From assembly GCA_965233865.1 (NCBI GenBank), contig OZ247587.1:1312001-1376000 (forward strand): DNA of 64,000 nucleotides, read 5' to 3'. The stretch comes from Candidatus Neptunichlamydia sp. Its GTDB lineage: Bacteria > Chlamydiota > Chlamydiia > Chlamydiales > Simkaniaceae. Position numbers and translations under genes: made by a program. Shown here in pieces: positions 58,273-64,000 of this stretch; within the stretch, counting starts at the first letter, position 1, and every line of letters starts with the position of its first letter. Under the pieces are notes generated by a model. The model had not been told where the DNA came from. It saw only the letters and a program-made list of their open reading frames with translations, and ran no database searches.

Positions 58273-59174
58273 AGAAGTTGATTGATGCAATGCGCCCAAA
58301 CCCCTTTGATAAACTTCTAAAAAAAATGGTAGAAGAAGAAAAAGGGCGTTTCCTCGTCATTTGGAGTCGAGGGCTAGGGGATATCCCTTTAGGTCTTTAT
58401 GCTTTGGTCTATCGTATCCGCAGCTATGTTCCCAACGCATCGATTACCTTTATGACGCGCAGAGACTTAGCTGAGGCGTTCACTATGCTTGAGGGTATTC
58501 AGGTGCTTATTGGGGAGTCATGGGAAAGAGGAAAACCCTTTGATATCGAAGAAACTTTAAAACAGCATTCTTTAAGCTCTAACATGTTTGATGTCATTCT
58601 CGAAAAACCTGATCCTACAAAGTGGCTAAAGTGGCAAATAGGAAACCTTATTCCAAGGCTGAAATGGCAAGAGAAGTGGGACAGTCTTGTTGACAAGTAT
58701 GAGCTCGATCTAAACGAGACTTACATTGGATGTCATGTTCAGACGGAGACGGGTGCGTATTATGGCTACGAAAAAAACTGGGATCTCCCTTCATGGCGGA
58801 ATCTTTTTAAGAAGATTCAGGAAAAAAGTAAAGGAAAAATTCTTCTGTTTGGAATGGAAAGAGAGCCCGCTTTTTTGATGGATAATGTCATTGATCTTCG
58901 TGGTGAAACAACCCTCTTTGAAATGCTATCTTTGATTAAAAATCGATGCCGTTGCCTTGTGGCTCCGGACTCTGGTGTTCTCTCTATTGCCTATTATGTC
59001 GATGCAAGTTACCCAGTTCGGGTTGTCTCTCTGTGGGCAGACCCTAGGCAAGGAGTTCTTAGACAAAAGGTAGACTCACCAAACCCTCAACTTGAACATA
59101 TCCCCCTCCATGGTAAAAATGATAATGTGGCTAATATTTCAGTTGATACTGTCTATGACTCTTTATTCGGGTGA
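58263..59174 (+). CDS. Second, divergent GT9 family glycosyltransferase
   Basis: RGLGDIP, KNW, IDLRGETTLFEM, VAPDSGVL. Confidence 0.75.
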   Translation: MYVKKLIDAMRPNPFDKLLKKMVEEEKGRFLVIWSRGLGDIPLGLYALVYRIRSYVPNASITFMTRRDLAEAFTMLEGIQVLIGESWERGKPFDIEETLKQHSLSSNMFDVILEKPDPTKWLKWQIGNLIPRLKWQEKWDSLVDKYELDLNETYIGCHVQTETGAYYGYEKNWDLPSWRNLFKKIQEKSKGKILLFGMEREPAFLMDNVIDLRGETTLFEMLSLIKNRCRCLVAPDSGVLSIAYYVDASYPVRVVSLWADPRQGVLRQKVDSPNPQLEHIPLHGKNDNVANISVDTVYDSLFG

Positions 59175-59178
59175 GCTG

Positions 59179-60156
59179 ATGCAAGAACATCCTCTGATTG
59201 CGGTTTTTAAAGAGAAAAAAGAAATCACCAAACTTGATACGTTTGTTCCCCTCAATGAAGGTGCCATCTTGCAAGACGTTGTGTCTTCTTCAAACTTTAA
59301 GAAAATGGGTTGTTTAGTGCTGGCAGGGGGGCAAGGGACACGCCTCGGTGTCGATGGACCGAAAGGCTGCGTTCTTCTTCCTCTGCAAGAAAAAAAGACA
59401 CTCTTTCAACTGATCTTTGAAAAAGTGAAAGAAAAGGGAAAAGACCTTTTACTAGCAGTAATGACCTCTCCAATTAATCACGAAGCAACAATAAAATACT
59501 TCGAGGAGCACGACTATTTTGGGTTAACAAATGTTTCTGTCTTCTCTCAAGAGATGATACCGGTTTGCGACGAAGAGGGAAACCTGTATGGGGATATGGA
59601 GTCACCCGACGGAAATGGAAAGGCTCTGAAGAACCTTGTTGATTCAGGAGTCTGGGGAGTGTGGAAGGCAAATAGCGTTGAGGTGATCCAGGTAATTCCT
59701 GTAGATAACCCTAAAGCTGAACCGTTTGATGGGGAACTTCTGGCAACCCATGAAAAGGAGCAAGTAGACCTTGTCCTTAAATGCATTCGAAGAGATAGCC
59801 CAAAAGAGAAGCTGGGGGTCATTGAAGAGGACAGAGGCAGGCTCATGATCCGAGAGTATTCTGAGCTGACTGAAAGGATGCAAGGTTTAGAATTCCCACT
59901 AGGGAATACGGGGCTATTTTCATGTAGCATAGATTTTGTAGCGCAAGCAGCTAGAGTAGAGCTTCCCTGGCATCTTGCACACAAACAAGTCGGGGCCGTA
60001 TGGATTTGGAAGTTTGAAACATTTATTTTCGATCTATTTCCCTATGCAAATTCTTTTAAAGTCATCATTTCTGAGCGTAGAAATTGTTTTACTCCACTTA
60101 AAAACCGCTCAGGATCAGATAGTTTAGAAACCGTGGCAAGAGCCCTCATGACGTAA
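59179..60156 (+). CDS. UDP-N-acetylglucosamine/UDP-glucose pyrophosphorylase (UAP/UDPGP family)
   Basis: LAGGQGTRLG..PKG, PDGNG, PVDNP, EYSE, KFETFIFD, PLKN. Confidence 0.9.
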   Translation: MQEHPLIAVFKEKKEITKLDTFVPLNEGAILQDVVSSSNFKKMGCLVLAGGQGTRLGVDGPKGCVLLPLQEKKTLFQLIFEKVKEKGKDLLLAVMTSPINHEATIKYFEEHDYFGLTNVSVFSQEMIPVCDEEGNLYGDMESPDGNGKALKNLVDSGVWGVWKANSVEVIQVIPVDNPKAEPFDGELLATHEKEQVDLVLKCIRRDSPKEKLGVIEEDRGRLMIREYSELTERMQGLEFPLGNTGLFSCSIDFVAQAARVELPWHLAHKQVGAVWIWKFETFIFDLFPYANSFKVIISERRNCFTPLKNRSGSDSLETVARALMT

Positions 60157-60199
60157 AACTTGCCATCATGTATAATTAATAAAAAAAAATATTTAGGAA

Positions 60200-61204
60200 G
60201 TGATGATGAGAATCGGATATTTAGGGGCCGGAGCCTGGGGCTTTTGTCTTGCAAATCTTTTGGCTGAAAAAGGATATGAAGTGAAGTTATGGACAGGAAA
60301 CATGTCCTTGGCAGAAGTTCTCAAAAGAGGGGAAGCTCACCCCAAACTCAGCGGTCATCAGGCAGAAGAAAATCTTGTTCTCACTACAGACCTTAAAGAA
60401 GCAATTGCCGATGTTGATATGATTGTTGAATCGGTGACTTCAAAAGGGCTGCGACCTGTTCTTGAGCAGCTCAAAGAAATCGGCATGAAGGGAACTCCTA
60501 TCGTTCTCACTTCTAAAGGCATTGAGCAAGGCACGGGTCTTCTCATGTCTGAAGTCGCGATGGAAGTTCTAGGTGAAGATTATAAATCTAAAATTGGGTG
60601 CCTTAGCGGTCCAAGTCTAGCTGGAGAAGTCATGCGCAAGCTCCCAACCTCTGTTGTTGCCTCAAGCTACGGTAACGATCTCATGATGCAAATCTGCGAG
60701 GCATTTACCACCTCGTACTTCAGGGTTTACCCTAATGGGGATATGAGAGGGGTGTCATTTGGAGGAGCGATGAAGAATATCATCGCGATCGCCTGCGCAA
60801 TCTCCAATGGTCTTGGGTATGGTGAAAATACGAAGGCAGCTCTGATGACTCGTGGTCTTCACGAGATACGAAAGCTTGGGGAGACAATTGGTTGCCAAGC
60901 TGATACTCTTAATGGGCTCTCAGGACTAGGGGATCTCTGTGCTACCTGTCTATCGACCCTTAGCCGGAACTATATCTTTGGGACTCTTTTAGCAGAGGGG
61001 TTTTCTCCTGATGAGGCTAGAAAGAAGATCGGAATGGTTGTTGAAGGAGCTTATACCTGTCTATCTGCTTTAGAGCTTAGCGCGAAGAAAGGAATAGATA
61101 TGCCGATTACTGAAGCAGTTTATTCCATTATATATGAAGGAGCTAACCCCAGAGAGGCTGTTGAGGCGCTCCTTACTCGAACTGTCAAGCAAGAGCACCT
61201 TTAA
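60200..61204 (+). CDS. gpsA: NAD(P)H-dependent glycerol-3-phosphate dehydrogenase
   Basis: GAGAWG, SKGIE, LSGPS, KNIIAIACA, GLGDL, SRN. Confidence 0.96.
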   Translation: MMMRIGYLGAGAWGFCLANLLAEKGYEVKLWTGNMSLAEVLKRGEAHPKLSGHQAEENLVLTTDLKEAIADVDMIVESVTSKGLRPVLEQLKEIGMKGTPIVLTSKGIEQGTGLLMSEVAMEVLGEDYKSKIGCLSGPSLAGEVMRKLPTSVVASSYGNDLMMQICEAFTTSYFRVYPNGDMRGVSFGGAMKNIIAIACAISNGLGYGENTKAALMTRGLHEIRKLGETIGCQADTLNGLSGLGDLCATCLSTLSRNYIFGTLLAEGFSPDEARKKIGMVVEGAYTCLSALELSAKKGIDMPITEAVYSIIYEGANPREAVEALLTRTVKQEHL

Positions 61205-61342
61205 TTTAAATCGATAAAATCCAGTGTATTAAATAATTTATTTTTCAGAAAGTAAAGAGTGTATGAGAGTGGATCTGTAATATATTTGTGGTTTACGCGG
61301 CCTCTTGTGTCGTTGCTTTCAAAACATATTGGGAACTAAAAC

Positions 61343-61474
61343 GGTATTGTTGCTAAAACTTTCTTCTCCGAGTAGGATCTTTCTCTTTTCCAGAGCTTTT
61401 TGCTAGGCAGCTAAACCTCTAACTTCGAAGAGACCTTCAATAAATAGCTTTACATCTTTGGCGTTTGCATCCAG
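61343..61474 (-). mobile_element. 3' remnant of an IS6-family element
   Basis: Minus strand reads LDANAKDVKLFIEGLFEVRGLAA* (FI..LF..AA* IS6 transposase C-terminus), then TTTTAGCAACAATACC terminal IR. Confidence 0.55.
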
Positions 61475-61524
61475 GTTATAAACGAATTCTTTTAAAGTTG
61501 CTATAGGTGTGGTAGATTGAGTAT

Positions 61525-62991
61525 ATGGACAGTAAGCTTGAAGGCATGAAAGTGGTGCGCTCTGATGAGATGGAGCGGATCGAAAAGGTTAGCATGGAAG
61601 CTGGGGCTTCTGATGAAGCGTATATGCTGAAAGCTGGGGAGGGAATTGCTAATCGTGTTGAAGAATTTGTCAAGGAAGGGGGCCTGGACAAAAAGGCTAC
61701 ATTGCTCATTGGGAAAGGGAACAACGGAGGCGATGCCTATGTTGCAGGGATTCTTTTGATCAATCGGGGCTTTAATGTTGAGGCTTTTCACGTCGTGAAA
61801 ATGGGGGAGGCAAGTCCTCTTTGTCAGAAATATGGGAAGAGGTTCGAAGGGAAGCAGCAAGATAAGCTGGAGCTTAGCGGGGTTATTCTCGACGGTCTTT
61901 TGGGTACGGGGTTTCAAGGGGAAGTTCAAGGGAAAATCAAAGAAGTCATCAAAAAAGTCAATGAGTCAGAGCTCTCTGTTTTAGCAATTGATATTCCTTC
62001 AGGTGTGAATGGAAACACAGGAGAGGCTAAACGCGCAATTCATGCCGATGAGACGCTCTATTTAGGGATGGCAAAGCATGGTTTTTTTGTAGGAGAGGGG
62101 TATAACCACACCGGAAAGCTCCATGCAATCGACTTTGGAATGGAGAGGAAATACATTGAAGAGGCGCAAGGAGAAGGATTTCTGCTCAATGAGAAAGTTC
62201 TTCCAGGACTTTTGCCACCACTGAAACGAGACCGTCATAAGTATGAGGCAGGATATGTCATCGCAGTTGCGGGATCTCCTGGGATGCCAGGGGCGGCTAT
62301 GCTGTCGTGTTTAGCTGCACTTCGCACAGGCGCGGGAATCGTGAGACTGTTTCACCCTGAAGGAATAGAGAAAGAACTGGCTTCTTCAGCATATGAACTC
62401 ATTCGGACGCCTTACAGATGGGGCGATGATAGTGCGATCTTGGAAGAGGGAAAACGCGCAAAAGCGTGTTTGATCGGTCCTGGTGTGGGAAAGGGCGAAG
62501 AAATGCACACCTTTTTGCAAGGTCTCCTTGACAAGTTGAATGTTTCTATGGTTATAGATGCCGATGCCCTTTACCATATTAAGGTTTTCCCCAAAGGGTC
62601 CATATTGACTCCACATCACAAAGAGATGATGCATCTTCTTGGGAGCAGTTCGGTAGATAATCAGGTGTGCCAAGCTTTTGCTGATCAAGCGGAAGTGACA
62701 GTCATCTTAAAGGGAGCGCCGACATGGATTTTTCATCCTAAGTTATTGCCGCTCATTATTACAAAGGGAGATCCTGGAATGGCCACTGCGGGAACAGGGG
62801 ATGTTTTGACAGGAATGATAACATCTCTTCTTGCGCAAGGGGTAAAGGGGCGAGAAGCTGCCGCTTTGGGAGTTTATCTGCACGGGGAAGCAGGAGAGAT
62901 TGCCGCAAAAGAGAGGACTTCATACAACATGATTGCAAGTGATCTTATTGAAGCCTTGCCCAGAGCGTTTCAGACACTTGTGAAGCAATAA
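61525..62991 (+). CDS. nnr: Bifunctional NAD(P)HX epimerase/dehydratase (NnrE-NnrD)
   Basis: GKGNNGGD, DGLLGTG, IDIPSG, IGPG, DADAL, TPH..E, GTGDVLTG. Confidence 0.95.
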   Translation: MDSKLEGMKVVRSDEMERIEKVSMEAGASDEAYMLKAGEGIANRVEEFVKEGGLDKKATLLIGKGNNGGDAYVAGILLINRGFNVEAFHVVKMGEASPLCQKYGKRFEGKQQDKLELSGVILDGLLGTGFQGEVQGKIKEVIKKVNESELSVLAIDIPSGVNGNTGEAKRAIHADETLYLGMAKHGFFVGEGYNHTGKLHAIDFGMERKYIEEAQGEGFLLNEKVLPGLLPPLKRDRHKYEAGYVIAVAGSPGMPGAAMLSCLAALRTGAGIVRLFHPEGIEKELASSAYELIRTPYRWGDDSAILEEGKRAKACLIGPGVGKGEEMHTFLQGLLDKLNVSMVIDADALYHIKVFPKGSILTPHHKEMMHLLGSSSVDNQVCQAFADQAEVTVILKGAPTWIFHPKLLPLIITKGDPGMATAGTGDVLTGMITSLLAQGVKGREAAALGVYLHGEAGEIAAKERTSYNMIASDLIEALPRAFQTLVKQ

Positions 62992-63008
62992 TTTATAGTG
63001 GGTTAAAT

Positions 63009-63974
63009 TTAAGAGGAATTTGCAAAAGACTCTTTTTGTGTCAGAAACCAGTCAGAGAATTTTGCGATTCCGACGTCAAGAGAAGTAGCCGGTGAAAAGC
63101 CAAGATCTCTTTCAGCTTTTTGGATATCCGCATAAGTGGTCTTAACATCCCCCATTTGCATAGGTTGAAAATCGATCTGTGCCTTTTTCCCAAGATGTTT
63201 TTCAAGAAGTTCAATGAGGTGCATAAGAGGCTCTGGCTTGTTATTACCAAGATTATAGATTTCATATCCGTTGCAATGATCAAGTGCCCGGATCGTTCCT
63301 TGGACAATATCATCAACGTAGGTAAAGTCGCGCTCCACTTTTCCATGGTTGAAAGCAGGAATGGGTTCCTCTCTTTGAATTTTTTCTGCAAACGAGTAGT
63401 AAGCCATATCTGGGCGCCCCCAGGGACCATAAACTGTAAAGAACCGGAGCCCCACCATGGGGATACCGTAGAGGTGATGGTAACTTTTAGCCATCAGCTC
63501 CCCTGATTTTTTTGTAGCTGCATAGAGACTAACAGGAGAATCTGTAGAGTCGGTTTCGGAAAAAGGAATCTTGGTATTTCCGCCGTAAACGGAAGAGGAA
63601 GATGCAAAGACGAGTTTTACGTTGGGGGTGTTGCGGCAAAGTTCTAGAATTTTTAAAAAACCATCAAGATTAGAGTCGCTATAGGGCTGTGGGTGCGTTA
63701 TAGAATAACGGACCCCTGCCTGAGCTGCTAAGTGCACAATGTGCGTAATATTTTGTTTTAAGGAGCGGATGTTTTGGATATCATCTTCGATAACATGAGC
63801 TCCGAGGCTGCGCAACTGATCGGCGCGCACCCTTTTGAGATCGGGTGAATAATAATTATTGAAATTATCACACCCAATCACATAATCTCCATTTTTGATT
63901 AGTGAAGAAGCAAGATGGAAGCCAATAAAGCCTGCAATTCCAGTAATAAACACAAACTTTTTTTGATCACTCAT
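63009..63974 (-). CDS. UDP-glucuronate 4-epimerase-like SDR
   Basis: TGIAGFIG, HLAAQAGVRYS, PVSLYAATKK, RFFTVYGPWGRPDMA, RDFTYVDD. Confidence 0.9.
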   Translation of the reverse strand: MSDQKKFVFITGIAGFIGFHLASSLIKNGDYVIGCDNFNNYYSPDLKRVRADQLRSLGAHVIEDDIQNIRSLKQNITHIVHLAAQAGVRYSITHPQPYSDSNLDGFLKILELCRNTPNVKLVFASSSSVYGGNTKIPFSETDSTDSPVSLYAATKKSGELMAKSYHHLYGIPMVGLRFFTVYGPWGRPDMAYYSFAEKIQREEPIPAFNHGKVERDFTYVDDIVQGTIRALDHCNGYEIYNLGNNKPEPLMHLIELLEKHLGKKAQIDFQPMQMGDVKTTYADIQKAERDLGFSPATSLDVGIAKFSDWFLTQKESFANSS

Positions 63975-64000
63975 GTATTTAGAGTACCAAATCTATTGAT

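Noticed and set aside
61403..61474. tmRNA tag reading frame (ends LAA*)
   Set aside because: No tRNA-like ends or resume context; the adjacent IR fits an IS6 remnant better
95..63506. Numerous short antisense or alternate-frame ORFs in the track
   Set aside because: They lie within well-supported genes and show no motifs; treated as shadow ORFs

Overview
Chromosomal window from an environmental member of the phylum Chlamydiae; the family is not determinable here. The assignment is inferred from gene blocks matching the Chlamydia order (trxA-trmL-mip-aspS-hisS-uhpC-dnaE-bamD-lptE-rsbW-hyp-dacC, lpdA-lipA, mutL-pepP, secA-psd-nth-mnmE, ruvC-ruvA, UAP-gpsA) plus genes Chlamydiaceae lack, such as GT9 heptosyltransferase-like genes. 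Most of the window is housekeeping genes plus one tRNA-Ser(GCT). The main accessory feature is a ~10.7 kb sugar-tailoring island (45284-55955) between mnmE and ruvA. Its left half is decaying: a NodZ-like fucosyltransferase, an ABC exporter and an AsnB-type amidotransferase are all broken, while a GT2 is intact. Its right half is an intact five-gene module: GT4, radical SAM/SPASM, WG-repeat/O-methyltransferase fusion, histidine phosphatase and NAD-dependent epimerase/reductase. This module is the best candidate for an undescribed system. Other signals: three IS6-type end remnants (two flank an AT-rich orphan gene with an NLS-like motif), a 35-bp palindromic repeat in three intergenic regions, a 93-bp hairpin element, an oligoendopeptidase-F-like stub in frame with a signal-peptide NUDIX gene, a membrane-bound class III adenylate cyclase, and a MutL with a degenerate endonuclease motif and a G9 tract. 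All calls come from reading motifs by eye; no searches were run.
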